Shown here: positions 8,777 through 17,696 of the stretch, piece by piece
Position numbering within the stretch: position 1 is the first letter of the stretch
Layout of the letters: each line of letters opens with the position of its first letter
Assembly (NCBI GenBank): GCA_005880445.1
Contig: VBGJ01000037.1
Span: 1-47,773 of the forward strand
Length of the DNA stretch: 47,773 nucleotides
Direction of reading: 5' to 3'
DNA from: Chloroflexota bacterium
Lineage (GTDB): Bacteria; Chloroflexota; Dormibacteria; Aeolococcales; Aeolococcaceae
Position numbers and translations under genes: made by a program
Notes under the pieces: generated by a model
What the model saw: the letters and a program-made list of their open reading frames with translations, nothing else
What the model was told of the DNA's origin: nothing
The model's database searches: none

Positions 8777-9930
8777 CCGACACCATCGTCTCGAAGCGGT
8801 CCTGCGCCATAGGCCGGCTCCGGCTTTTTCGCTTCCGCAACTACGTCGAGGCGACGGTGCATCTTGGTCCGTCGCTTAATGTCATATCTGGCCGCAACGC
8901 CCAAGGCAAGACCAATCTGCTCGAGGCGGTGGCGACTCTTACGCTGACTCGCTCGCCGCGCACCGGCACCGCCTCGGACCTGATGCACTGGGGCGACGAG
9001 CAGTGCCTCGTCGAGGCGGCTGTGTCGCGCTCGGGAGGTGACAGCGTCCTGGCCGTGCGCTTTACCCGCGATCCAGGTACTGCACGCGTGTCCCGCGCGA
9101 CCAGCGTCGATGGCAAGCCATGTCCGGCACGCAGGCTTCTCGGGGTCTGCCCGGTCGTGCTGTTCTGGCCGGAAGACCTGCAACTGGTCAAGGCCGGGCC
9201 CGAGGGCCGGCGCCGGCTGCTCGATGCACTCTTGACGCAGCTGGATCCGCGAGCCGCCGCCCACCTGCTGCGCTATCGCCGCATTCTCCAGCAGCGAAAC
9301 GCGCTGCTGCACCGCCTCCGCGCGGACGGCCACGGTGCGGACGCGTTGCCCGGTTTCAGCCGCGAGCTCGCGCACCACGGGGCCCGCGTCGCGGTCGCGC
9401 GTGCGCGGCTGGTGACGCAGCTGGCCCCACTGGCTGCGGAGGCCCTCGGGGAGCTGAGCTCGGGTGGCGAGCATCTGTCGCTCACGTACGCGCCCTCGCA
9501 CGGCGGGTCATGCTCGGATGACGACACCACAGAGCAGGAGCTGAGCGCCGCGCTGCGGGATCGCCGCCCCGAGGAGCTCGCGCGCGGTGTCACCGTGGTT
9601 GGACCCCATCGCGACGATGTCGAGATCGGCCTGGATGGGCGTGCTGCACGCACCGCTGCGTCGCAGGGGCAGCAGCGAAGCATCGTGCTGGCGTGCAAGC
9701 TTGCGGAGATGCGGTTCGTCGGGCGCTCCACCGGCACCGCACCCGTGGTCATGCTGGACGACGTGCTGAGCGAGCTCGATCACGAGCGCAGGGGGCGTCT
9801 GGTGGCGCTGCTCGCAGCTGGCGCAGCGGGTCAGGTGCTGATCACCACCACGGAGACGTTGACCGGGCTCGACGGGTTCGCCGGCGCATGCCGGTACACC
9901 GTGCAGTCAGGAACCGTCAGGGAGACCTGA
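8773..9930 (+). CDS. recF: DNA replication/repair protein RecF
   Basis: Within track ORF 8092..9930. The ATG at 8773 (ATGA overlap with the GT28 stop) gives ...LRLFRFRNY...LNVISGRNAQGKTNLLEA (Walker A). Also GPHRDD, the SQGQQRS signature and VVMLDDVLSELD (Walker B). Confidence 0.9.
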   Translation: MTDTIVSKRSCAIGRLRLFRFRNYVEATVHLGPSLNVISGRNAQGKTNLLEAVATLTLTRSPRTGTASDLMHWGDEQCLVEAAVSRSGGDSVLAVRFTRDPGTARVSRATSVDGKPCPARRLLGVCPVVLFWPEDLQLVKAGPEGRRRLLDALLTQLDPRAAAHLLRYRRILQQRNALLHRLRADGHGADALPGFSRELAHHGARVAVARARLVTQLAPLAAEALGELSSGGEHLSLTYAPSHGGSCSDDDTTEQELSAALRDRRPEELARGVTVVGPHRDDVEIGLDGRAARTAASQGQQRSIVLACKLAEMRFVGRSTGTAPVVMLDDVLSELDHERRGRLVALLAAGAAGQVLITTTETLTGLDGFAGACRYTVQSGTVRET

Positions 9931-10218
9931 GTGGGAGCCGACCGGCTTCGTGATCTGCTCGATCCGGCGCTGCGGGGTCTCGGCGTCCGCGGCCGGGTGC
10001 GCGAAGAGCAGGTGCGCCAGCTGTTCGCCCAAGCGGTGGGGCCGGCGCTCGCGCCCCTGTGCCGCGCCCAGCGGCTCGACCGCGGCGCCCTTCTCATCGC
10101 CACTGCGAACACAGCCTTGGCACATCAGCTGCAGCTGGAGTCACCGCGCTTGATCGCGGCGCTCAATGACGCGCTCGGAAGCCCGGCGGTGCGGCGTCTC
10201 CGGTTCTGCGCGATGTGA
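9931..10218 (+). CDS. DUF721 (DciA-like) protein
   Basis: GTG directly after the recF stop. A 95-aa protein with the pattern L...L..LG.......V...F...VGP.LA..C....L..G.L.I...N.A.A..L......LI..LN..LG...V..LRF, typical of DUF721 genes found downstream of recF. Confidence 0.7.
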   Translation: MGADRLRDLLDPALRGLGVRGRVREEQVRQLFAQAVGPALAPLCRAQRLDRGALLIATANTALAHQLQLESPRLIAALNDALGSPAVRRLRFCAM

Positions 10219-10221
10219 TCG

Positions 10222-11337
10222 CTAGGCCACGCGCACCGGCATGATGATGCAGAGATAGTCGTCGCGCCCCGCCGGCCGGATCACCGCTGGGAGGAGCGCA
10301 CCGTTGAACGACAGCTGCACCTCATCGGAGTCGAGCACGGACAGCGCGTCGAGCATGTAGCGCGCGTTGAACGCGATCTGCACGTCATCGCCGCTCACGC
10401 TGGCGGCCAGCGGCGCCTCGTCATCTCCCACCTCTGCGGTCTGCGCCTTCAGGGTCAGCGTCCCATCGCCCACCTGCAGCCGTACCGGATTTGCGGCGTC
10501 GCGCGCGAGCACCGAAGCGGTGCGCGCCTCGCGGAGCAGCGACTGTGTGGGCAGGCTGACCGTGGTCGCAGACTCGCCTGGGATGACCTGCGGGTAGTTG
10601 GGATACGTGCCGTCGATGAGCCGCGAGGAGATCTCGACGTCCTTCAGCGTGAAGAACACCTGGTTCTTTCCCTCCGAGAAGGCGATGGCCACCGTGGGAC
10701 GCGTCGGGTTCACCGCCCGCGCGACCTCATTGAGATGTCGCGCGGGAACGATGACCGACGCCGGCGACGCTGCCTTCGTCGTCACGTCGAGCGTCTTCAC
10801 CGCCAGGCGGTGCCGGTCGGTGGCGGCCAGCGTCAGCCGGCTTCCCTCCACCTGAAGGAGCACCCCCGTCAGAACCGGCGACGCCTCGTCGGCACTCGCG
10901 GCCATCACCGTCTGTGCGATCGCCCCCTGCAACGCCGCAGCATCGCTTTCGATCGCCGTCTCGGCGTCGTGCTTCGGCAACGGCGGGAACTCCACAGCGT
11001 CGATGCCATGCAGATTGGCCCGGTGCACACCACAGCTCAAGCGCAGCACCTGGGTCGCCGTGTCGAGCTCCATCGTGCATGGGGCGTCCCCAAGCGACGA
11101 GACATACTCACTCAGGAGACGGGCCGGCACCGTCGTTCTGCCTTCCTCGAGAACGGTCGCCGGGACGCTCACTGCGATGGACAGGTCGAGGTTGGTCGCG
11201 GTGACTCGGAGACCGTCCTCGACGGACTCGAGCAACACATTGGCGAGGACCGGCAGGGTCGAGCGGGGGGACACGGCGCGGGCGACAAGGCCCAGCGCGG
11301 AGCTGAGAGAGGAAGAGGAGACCGTGGCCTTCATCAA
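10222..11337 (-). CDS. dnaN: DNA polymerase III beta sliding clamp
   Basis: Track ORF of 371 aa. MKATVSSSSLSSAL..V.RAV..RSTLPVLANVLLE, three-domain length, directly downstream of dnaA. Confidence 0.95.
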   Translation of the reverse strand: MMKATVSSSSLSSALGLVARAVSPRSTLPVLANVLLESVEDGLRVTATNLDLSIAVSVPATVLEEGRTTVPARLLSEYVSSLGDAPCTMELDTATQVLRLSCGVHRANLHGIDAVEFPPLPKHDAETAIESDAAALQGAIAQTVMAASADEASPVLTGVLLQVEGSRLTLAATDRHRLAVKTLDVTTKAASPASVIVPARHLNEVARAVNPTRPTVAIAFSEGKNQVFFTLKDVEISSRLIDGTYPNYPQVIPGESATTVSLPTQSLLREARTASVLARDAANPVRLQVGDGTLTLKAQTAEVGDDEAPLAASVSGDDVQIAFNARYMLDALSVLDSDEVQLSFNGALLPAVIRPAGRDDYLCIIMPVRVA

Positions 11338-11584
11338 CGTGTACTCCTGTCGGCAGATACGGTTGTCACCAGACGAGTCTTTAACGACGAGCTGAGTTTA
11401 AGAGACTCAGATGTATCTATAGGGGGACGATGTCGGTGGAAAACCGCCGCTGTTGAGTTCCTTCCATGGCTCCGGGTGGCCGTGGGACTGTGCACGGACG
11501 GGCAGAGATGTGCACCGGGCGTCCACCGCTTTGGACGAGTGAGCGGGTGATGCACAGGTGGTCCCGCGGTTGTCGACAGGGTTG
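11338..11584. other. dnaA-dnaN intergenic region: AT-rich stretch, hairpin and GGTTGTCNAC repeats (candidate oriC/DUE component)
   Basis: Locally AT-rich segment 11375-11425 (gagtctttaacgacgagctgagtttaagagactcagatgtatctat) in an otherwise very GC-rich window. GGTTGTC[A/G]AC/GGTTGTCACC at 11361, 11568 and 11580. TTTTCCACC-type box on the minus strand at 11435-11443. Confidence 0.4.
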
Positions 11585-12994
11585 TCAACGGCTGTGCAGC
11601 CGGGTCCGAACCTGCCGAAGATCACCTTGCAACCGCGCGTCCTCGCGAACGAGCTCGGTGATCTTCTCGATTGCATGGAGTGCTGTCGTGTGATCGCGAC
11701 CGCCGAACGCCGCGCCGATGACGGGCAACGACGACTCGGTCTCCTCGCGGATCAGGTACATGGCCACCTGCCGCGGATAGACGATGTGCTTGTCGCGCCG
11801 CTTGCCCTTCATCTCGTCGACGGAGATGGTGTAGTGGTCGGCCACGGCCTCCTGAATCGCCTCGATGCTCACGGGGGCGACGTCCTGCACAGGGATGATG
11901 TCGCGCAGGATCTGCTGGGCTGCGTCGAGTGTCACCGGCTGCCCGTTGATGGAAGCGTGCGCGAGCACCCGGATGAGCGCACCCTCCAGCTCGCGGATGT
12001 TCTTCTGGATGCGGTGGGCGATGAACGCGCACACGTCGTCGGGGACCAGACGGCCGTACGGACCGAGCTTCGTGTTGAGAATCGCCAGGCGAGTCTCGAA
12101 GTCCGGTGGCTGGATGTCCGCCATGAGGCCGCCCTCGAAGCGGCTGCGCAGGCGGTCTTCCAGCGTCGGGATGTCCTTTGGCGGGCGGTCGCTGCTCACC
12201 ACGATCTGCTTCTGGATCTCGTGCAATGCGTTGAATGTATGGAAAAACTCTTCCTGCGTCCGGTCCTTGCCGGCGAAGAACTGAACGTCGTCGATGAGCA
12301 GGACGTCGACGGACCGGTACCTGACACGGAAGTCGGGCGATCGGTTCTCCTGAATCGCCGTGATCATCTCGTTCATGAACTTCTCTGACGTGATGTAGGC
12401 GACCTTCGCTTGGCGATGCAGCTCGCGCACGTTCTGGCCGATTGCGTGCATGAGGTGTGTCTTGCCGAGACCCACGCCGCCGTACAAGAAGAGCGGGTTG
12501 TACGCCTTGCCAGGCGCGTCGGCCACGGCGCGGCAAGCCGCGTGCGCGAAGCGGCTCGAGTTGCCGACCACGAATGTGGTGAACGTGAAGTTCGGGTTCA
12601 GGCGCGACTCGTTGGCGCCGTCCTGACGCTGCGCCAGCGGAGCCAGCGCGGTTCCGTAGTCGGGGAACGGCTCAGGCTCGTCGGGCGGAGGTGCCGCAGC
12701 GGGATCGACCGTGACGACGACGTCGCAGTCGTGCCCCAGCACGCCGGAAAGCGTTTCCCGGATCAGCGGCACATAGCGTTCGGTCAGCCAGTCACGCGCC
12801 AGCCGGGTGGGCACGCCCACGGTGAACGTGCGGCCGTCGAACTCGACGAGCACGGCATTGGCCAGCCACGTTTCGTACCCCGGCCGAGAGAGCTGGAAGC
12901 GCAACTCCTCCTGGGCGATCTGCCACACCTGCTGCGGGTCGAGAAGGGTCGCGGGAGCGTTGGCGTCTCCATCGGCCGTGGTTACTTGATCCAT
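11585..12994 (-). CDS. dnaA: chromosomal replication initiator protein DnaA
   Basis: Track ORF of 469 aa. AAA+ Walker A GGVGLGKTHLMHAIG, LLIDDVQF, the sensor region, and the C-terminal DNA-binding domain (IVYPRQVAMYL...GGRDHTT). Confidence 0.95.
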   Translation of the reverse strand: MDQVTTADGDANAPATLLDPQQVWQIAQEELRFQLSRPGYETWLANAVLVEFDGRTFTVGVPTRLARDWLTERYVPLIRETLSGVLGHDCDVVVTVDPAAAPPPDEPEPFPDYGTALAPLAQRQDGANESRLNPNFTFTTFVVGNSSRFAHAACRAVADAPGKAYNPLFLYGGVGLGKTHLMHAIGQNVRELHRQAKVAYITSEKFMNEMITAIQENRSPDFRVRYRSVDVLLIDDVQFFAGKDRTQEEFFHTFNALHEIQKQIVVSSDRPPKDIPTLEDRLRSRFEGGLMADIQPPDFETRLAILNTKLGPYGRLVPDDVCAFIAHRIQKNIRELEGALIRVLAHASINGQPVTLDAAQQILRDIIPVQDVAPVSIEAIQEAVADHYTISVDEMKGKRRDKHIVYPRQVAMYLIREETESSLPVIGAAFGGRDHTTALHAIEKITELVREDARLQGDLRQVRTRLHSR

Positions 12995-13079
12995 CTACGT
13001 CCCCGGCGCGTCGGAATCGTCGGCACCACTGACCCTCCACGCACGGCACACACCCCGCACTGCTCCTATGCACCACCAC

Positions 13080-13088
13080 TTATCCACA
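13080..13088 (+). promoter_or_regulatory. DnaA box, perfect TTATCCACA
   Basis: Exact 9/9 match to the consensus. Confidence 0.7.
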
Positions 13089-13101
13089 CGATGTTCACAG
13101 A

Positions 13102-13110
13102 CGTGGATAA
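13102..13110 (-). promoter_or_regulatory. DnaA box, 8/9 (TTATCCACG on the minus strand)
   Basis: cgtggataa on the plus strand, inverted relative to the 13080 box. Confidence 0.55.
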
Positions 13111-13268
13111 GCGAAGGTGAGAACACCGCCGTCGGGAGCTTCTGAGGATGCGTGCAGCGCTGCGCCCGTGCCGCGGCCCGGCAAGTCTAGCAATGCGGAA
13201 CGGCTGGGACAATGGGCGCGCGCCAGTGTCCGCGCCGGTATTCGCCGGCAGGTGCTGGCCTCAGCGGT

Positions 13269-13277
13269 TGGTATACT
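13269..13277 (+). promoter_or_regulatory. extended -10 promoter element (TGgTATACT) for the rpmH operon
   Basis: TGGTATACT about 70 nt upstream of rpmH. A/T-rich hexamers are rare in this sequence. Confidence 0.4.
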
Positions 13278-13346
13278 CGCGATCGGAACCTCCGTCCGGT
13301 TTGCGGTGCTTTTGCGCCCCGGACGCGATGAGCTCGGGAGAGAGCG

Positions 13347-13493
13347 ATCAAGCGGACGTATCAGCCCAAGAAGCGCTACCGGCGAAAGACCCATGGGTTT
13401 CGTGCCCGCATGGCGACTCCAGGAGGCCGGCAGGTGATCAAGGCACGGCGCCGGAAGGGTCGCAAACGCCTGACTCCCGAAGCGCCACGGTGA
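13347..13493 (+). CDS. rpmH: 50S ribosomal protein L34, apparent ATC start codon
   Basis: Not in the ORF track. Translation from 13347 is (I/M)[47 protein letters not shown], the L34 signature. An in-frame TGA sits at 13329-13331. SD GGGAGAGAG at 13336-13344. GTGA overlap with rnpA. Confidence 0.85.
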   Translation: MKRTYQPKKRYRRKTHGFRARMATPGGRQVIKARRRKGRKRLTPEAPR

Positions 13494-13828
13494 ATCGCCG
13501 GCATCGCCTGCGTGGGCGAAGCCGCTTTGCCGCGGTTCGCGCCAGCGGCGTGGAAACACGCTCAGGAGGGATCCGGGTTCGGGCTGCCGCCAACGGGCTC
13601 CCAATCTCTCGGGCCGGCTTCGCCATCATGTCGGCCCCGCACGCGGTGGCCCGCAACCGCCTACGCCGCCGGCTCCGCGCTCTCGTGGCGCCCATCGTGA
13701 GCCACCACCCCGGGGTCGACATCGTTGTGTCCGCCCCGGCGGCGCTGGACGCGGTCGCGGCGAACGCGCTGCGCGACGCGGTGGTCCCGCTGGTCTCCGG
13801 CGCGATCGCGGAGGCGCGTGGTCGATGA
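13490..13828 (+). CDS. rnpA: ribonuclease P protein component
   Basis: The GTG at 13490 overlaps the rpmH stop. [18 protein letters not shown]...FAI...[13 protein letters not shown] is the RnpA motif, and the position after rpmH fits. Confidence 0.85.
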   Translation: MNRRHRLRGRSRFAAVRASGVETRSGGIRVRAAANGLPISRAGFAIMSAPHAVARNRLRRRLRALVAPIVSHHPGVDIVVSAPAALDAVAANALRDAVVPLVSGAIAEARGR

Positions 13829-14118
13829 CGCGAATCAGCCTGGCGCTGATCCGTGTCTACCAGGTCACCCTGGGACCGCTCTTCGGTGCCATGAGCAGCT
13901 GCCGGTACGAGCCGACCTGCTCCCACTACGGCTACGAAGCCATCCGACGATTCGGCTGGCGCCGCGGCTGGTGGTGCGCCGTGCGGCGCATCGCCAGATG
14001 CCACCCGTTCCACGCCGGTGGCATCGACCCGGTACCGGAGACATACGTGACGTGGCGTAGCGCGCGCCGTCTGCACAGGGAGGCCCGAGCCTCCACGCCG
14101 CAGGGGGCGCGGCCGTGA
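13825..14118 (+). CDS. yidD: membrane protein insertion efficiency factor YidD
   Basis: [33 protein letters not shown]...[22 protein letters not shown] overlap with rnpA. Confidence 0.9.
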   Translation: MTRISLALIRVYQVTLGPLFGAMSSCRYEPTCSHYGYEAIRRFGWRRGWWCAVRRIARCHPFHAGGIDPVPETYVTWRSARRLHREARASTPQGARP

Positions 14119-15176
14119 ACCCATTCATCATCTTCACGTTTCTCGCCGCGCCGCTGCAGTGGCTGCTGGAGCAGCTGACCCGTACATTCAACGGCGTCGC
14201 GCCGCTGGCCTCCATCGGCGCGTTCGGTCTGGCAGTCATCGTGACCACCATCGCGATCCGCGCGGTGCTCTTCCCAGTCTTCAACTGGCAGCTGCGAACG
14301 TCGCGACGGATCCAGTCGGAGCAGCGCAAGGTCGCGCCGCAGATTCAAGAGCTGCGCAAGAAATACAAGAAAGAGCCGCAGAAGCTGAGCGCTGAGATGA
14401 ACAAGGTGTACCGGGAACACGGCATCAGCCCGTTCAGCGGGCTCACCGGCTGCCTCCCCGCACTCGTGCAGGCGCCGGTGCTCATCGGTCTGTACAACGC
14501 GATCAGAAACGCGAGCGCCCCAGGCCACCTGGTGGGGCATCCGGGTTTTCTGTGGATCAGCAATGTCAGCCAGTCGTCGCAACAGGCCTGCTGTGCCAAC
14601 GGAAACTGGGGCGGCCTGCTCACCCACCCGACGCTCTTGATCCTGCCGTTGCTTGCGGGTGCGTTCACGTTTGCGCAATCGCGAATGATGATGCCGCCAC
14701 CGCGTCCGGACATGACGGACCAGGAACGCTCGATGCAGAACGTGTCGAAGCAGATGTCCTACCTCTTCCCCGTCATGATCTTCATCTTTGCGCTGCTCTT
14801 CCCGCAGGGACTGGCGATCTACTGGGTGACAGGCACGTTCTTCATGGTGCTGCAGCAGTGGTATGTCGTCGGCTGGGGCGGGTTGAAGGTGCCCACGTGG
14901 TGGCCGGGTGCACATCGCGTGACGTCACTCTCGTATCCCAAGCCGGCCCCCGTACCGGCTCTTGTTAGTGCCAAAGATAGCCAGAACGGCCGAGCGCCGG
15001 GTCGCGGCGGCCGGGCCGCCGCGGGCTCCGGGGAGCCGGTCGGCGAGGGCGCGGACGGGTCGACGGCGCGGGAAGCGGCCACCGCCACGGCGGGATCGCC
15101 GCCGGTGCGGACGGGTGCAGCGAGATCCGCGGCTGCCCGGGCGCGTGAGCGAAACAGGAGAAGGCGCAGGCGCTGA
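14115..15176 (+). CDS. yidC: YidC/Oxa1-family membrane protein insertase
   Basis: Short Gram-positive-type YidC with motifs [47 protein letters not shown], and a basic C-terminal tail. GTGA overlap with yidD. Confidence 0.9.
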   Translation: MNPFIIFTFLAAPLQWLLEQLTRTFNGVAPLASIGAFGLAVIVTTIAIRAVLFPVFNWQLRTSRRIQSEQRKVAPQIQELRKKYKKEPQKLSAEMNKVYREHGISPFSGLTGCLPALVQAPVLIGLYNAIRNASAPGHLVGHPGFLWISNVSQSSQQACCANGNWGGLLTHPTLLILPLLAGAFTFAQSRMMMPPPRPDMTDQERSMQNVSKQMSYLFPVMIFIFALLFPQGLAIYWVTGTFFMVLQQWYVVGWGGLKVPTWWPGAHRVTSLSYPKPAPVPALVSAKDSQNGRAPGRGGRAAAGSGEPVGEGADGSTAREAATATAGSPPVRTGAARSAAARARERNRRRRRR

Positions 15177-15198
15177 GCAAGCGCGGTGGAGAGATGCG

Positions 15199-15966
15199 GT
15201 GAGCGAGAGCGTGCACGGGGAAGCGGCGACATCCGAGCAGGCCGGTGCCGAGCCAGTCGTGGAATCGCGCGGCGCCAGCGTCGAGGAGGCGGTGGGAACA
15301 GCGCTGACCCAGCTCGGCATCACCCGGGACGAGGCCGAGATCGAGGTGCTCTCGGGCGGCACACGCCGGTTTCCCGGGGAGCGGCTCTCCGGCCCCGAGG
15401 CACACGTGCGGGTTTATCGCATCGACGCGCACGCAGCCCGCGCGCGCGCGCTTCTCGAGGAGCTCCTCACGCGCATGGAGGTGCCGTGCCGCGTCACCGT
15501 GCGGCGCGGAGGTCAGAGCGCGTCCGGCGGGCCTCCGCCCGTGATCCTCGACATCTCGGGCGACGACCTCGGGCTCCTGATCGGCTGGCGAGGGGAGACG
15601 CTGCGGTCGCTGCAGACGGCGCTCAACCTCATGATGGGCGAGGACGAGAGTGGCGACGGTCGGCGCGTGGTGCTCGACGTCGAGCGATACCGTGCACGGC
15701 GCGAAGATCAGGTGCGCGAGCTCGCCTTGCGCCTCGCAGCCCGCGTGAAGCGGAGCGGTGAGCGCTACGCGTTGGACCCCATGCATGCATACGAACGGCG
15801 GGTGGTCCACCTGACGCTCGCGGACGACTCCGGGGTGCGCACCGAGAGCTCGGGCCGCGAGCCCGCCCGCCGCGTTGTCATCCATCCCACCGGCCCGGCC
15901 CAGGGCGGCCCGCCGGAACGGGAGTTTGGGCCGCGCCGCGGACCCTCATTCGGCCGGCGCTTCTGA
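15199..15966 (+). CDS. jag: Jag/KhpB-type RNA-binding protein (Jag_N, KH and R3H domains)
   Basis: Inside track ORF 14962..15966. GTG at 15199, preceded by GGTGGAGAG. SVEEAVGTALTQLGITRDEAEIEVL (Jag_N), GLLIGWRGETLRSLQ (KH), RRVVHL (R3H). Position after yidC fits. Confidence 0.8.
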   Translation: MSESVHGEAATSEQAGAEPVVESRGASVEEAVGTALTQLGITRDEAEIEVLSGGTRRFPGERLSGPEAHVRVYRIDAHAARARALLEELLTRMEVPCRVTVRRGGQSASGGPPPVILDISGDDLGLLIGWRGETLRSLQTALNLMMGEDESGDGRRVVLDVERYRARREDQVRELALRLAARVKRSGERYALDPMHAYERRVVHLTLADDSGVRTESSGREPARRVVIHPTGPAQGGPPEREFGPRRGPSFGRRF

Positions 15967-16031
15967 GCCTGCAGACGGCGCTCGACACCGTCCCTACCGC
16001 CTCGCCTCGCTCCGGGCCTGCCACGTTCACC

Positions 16032-17288
16032 GTGTCGGCGCTGCCGGGTGGCGCCACGCTGGTCACTGTGCCTCTGCCCGATCGGGCGTCGGTGGCGGTC
16101 TCGATGATGGTCGCGGTCGGCTCACGATACGAGCCGCATTCCGAAAGTGGAATCAGTCACTTCGTGGAGCACATGGTGTTCAAGGGCGGGGGACGGTACC
16201 CGACGGCGCGCGCCGTGAGCGAGGCGATAGAAGGGGTCGGCGGCGTGCTCAACGCCGCCACCGACCGCGAGGCGACCATGTTCTGGACCCGCGTTCCCGC
16301 ACGTCATGTCGGGTTGGCGGTGTCGGTGCTGAGCGACATCGTCCTGCGCCCGGTGCTCGACCCCGGGGAGGTGGCGAAGGAGCGACTGGTCGTCATCGAA
16401 GAGCTGCGCATGTATCACGACAATCCCCAGGAGTCGGCGCAGATCCTGTTCGACGAGGTGATGTGGCCGGACCACCCGATCGGGCTCGACGTCGCCGGGC
16501 GCGAGGAGACGGTGCGCGGCTTCACCGACGCACAGTGCCGCACGCACCTGGACGCGCACGTCCGCCCCGACTCGCTCGTGGTCAGCGTCGCCGGCGCTAT
16601 CGAACCGGCGATCGCCCGCGAGCTCGTCGGCGCAGAGCTCGAGGACTGGGCGTCGCGTGCGCGCCGCGATCGGGAAGCACCCGCGCCGGCGACGCCCGCT
16701 TCAGGCCCGCCGCTCCGCGTGCAACGACGCACCGTTGAGCAGGCGTCGGTCCTTCTCGGAGGCCGCACCGGCTCATATCTGGATCCGGAGCGGTACGCCG
16801 GCGACGTGCTCAACGTCGTGCTCGGAGAGGGCATGTCGAGCAGGCTCTTCCTCGAGCTGCGCGAACATCGCGCGCTCGTGTACGACGTTCACTCGTTCGT
16901 CAGCCGGCTCAGCGACACCGGCGTGCTCGGCATCGGTCTTGGTTGCGATCCGCGTCACGCGGCGACTGCGATGCGCGCTGCCGTGGCGGAGCTGCGCTTG
17001 CTGGCAGAGCGACCGGTCGATGACACAGAGCTCACGAAGGCGCGCGAGTACGCGAAGGGAAGGCTGCTGCTGCAGCTGGAGGGAACCTCGGCGTTGTGCG
17101 AGTACGCGGGTCAGCAGCAACTGCTGACCGGGCGCATCCTCGAGCCGGCAGAGGTGGTGGCTCGCGTCGACGCCGTGACCGCTGACGACGTGCTGCGTTC
17201 AGCTCGCCGTGTCCTCGACTCGGGATTGCGCGCCGCCGTGGTGGGGCCGTTTCGGGGCGCCGCGCGTTTCGAGGCAGCCCTCTCCTAG
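16032..17288 (+). CDS. M16-family (pitrilysin/insulinase-like) zinc peptidase
   Basis: Inverted zinc motif HFVEHMVFKG, plus downstream E residues and typical length (418 aa). Confidence 0.85.
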   Translation: MSALPGGATLVTVPLPDRASVAVSMMVAVGSRYEPHSESGISHFVEHMVFKGGGRYPTARAVSEAIEGVGGVLNAATDREATMFWTRVPARHVGLAVSVLSDIVLRPVLDPGEVAKERLVVIEELRMYHDNPQESAQILFDEVMWPDHPIGLDVAGREETVRGFTDAQCRTHLDAHVRPDSLVVSVAGAIEPAIARELVGAELEDWASRARRDREAPAPATPASGPPLRVQRRTVEQASVLLGGRTGSYLDPERYAGDVLNVVLGEGMSSRLFLELREHRALVYDVHSFVSRLSDTGVLGIGLGCDPRHAATAMRAAVAELRLLAERPVDDTELTKAREYAKGRLLLQLEGTSALCEYAGQQQLLTGRILEPAEVVARVDAVTADDVLRSARRVLDSGLRAAVVGPFRGAARFEAALS

Positions 17289-17301
17289 GGCCCCGCTATA
17301 G

Positions 17302-17685
17302 TTGGCCGCCGTGGCGGTGGAACGCACGCTGGTGCTCGTGAAACCCGACGGTGTGCAACGCGGGTTCGTGGGGGATGTCATCACGCGCTTCGAGCGACGG
17401 GGCTTGCATCTGTTGGGCCTGAAGCTGCTGGTGATGGACCGCGCCTTGGCCGAGCGTCACTATGCAGAGCACGCCGGCAAGCCGTTCTTCGAGTCGTTGG
17501 TCACGTACATCACGGCGTCGCCGGTCGTTGCGATGGTGTGGGAGGGTCCGGAGGTGGTCGCGCTGGTGCGCGCGATGATCGGCGCAACCGATCCCACGAA
17601 TGCGCCGCCGGGCACGAACCTGTTCTTCGCACCCGCCGAGATGGTGGAGTGGAGGAGTGACGTCAGCCGCTGGGTGACCGGCTGA
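17302..17685 (+). CDS. ndk: nucleoside-diphosphate kinase homolog lacking the catalytic-His segment (possible pseudogene or assembly deletion)
   Basis: [15 protein letters not shown]...[10 protein letters not shown]...[12 protein letters not shown] matches Ndk. It then jumps straight to [12 protein letters not shown]. The about 27 residues IRGDFA....N..HGSDS.E.A.REI, which include the phospho-His, are absent. Confidence 0.75.
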   Translation: MAAVAVERTLVLVKPDGVQRGFVGDVITRFERRGLHLLGLKLLVMDRALAERHYAEHAGKPFFESLVTYITASPVVAMVWEGPEVVALVRAMIGATDPTNAPPGTNLFFAPAEMVEWRSDVSRWVTG

Positions 17686-17696
17686 CCACCGTCTCG

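Larger units (their letters stand above)
12995..13346. other. dnaA-rpmH divergent intergenic region with inverted DnaA boxes (candidate oriC / dnaA autoregulatory region)
   Basis: Classical oriC position. It contains a perfect TTATCCACA and an 8/9 box in inverted orientation 13 nt apart, plus the rpmH promoter. Confidence 0.5.
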
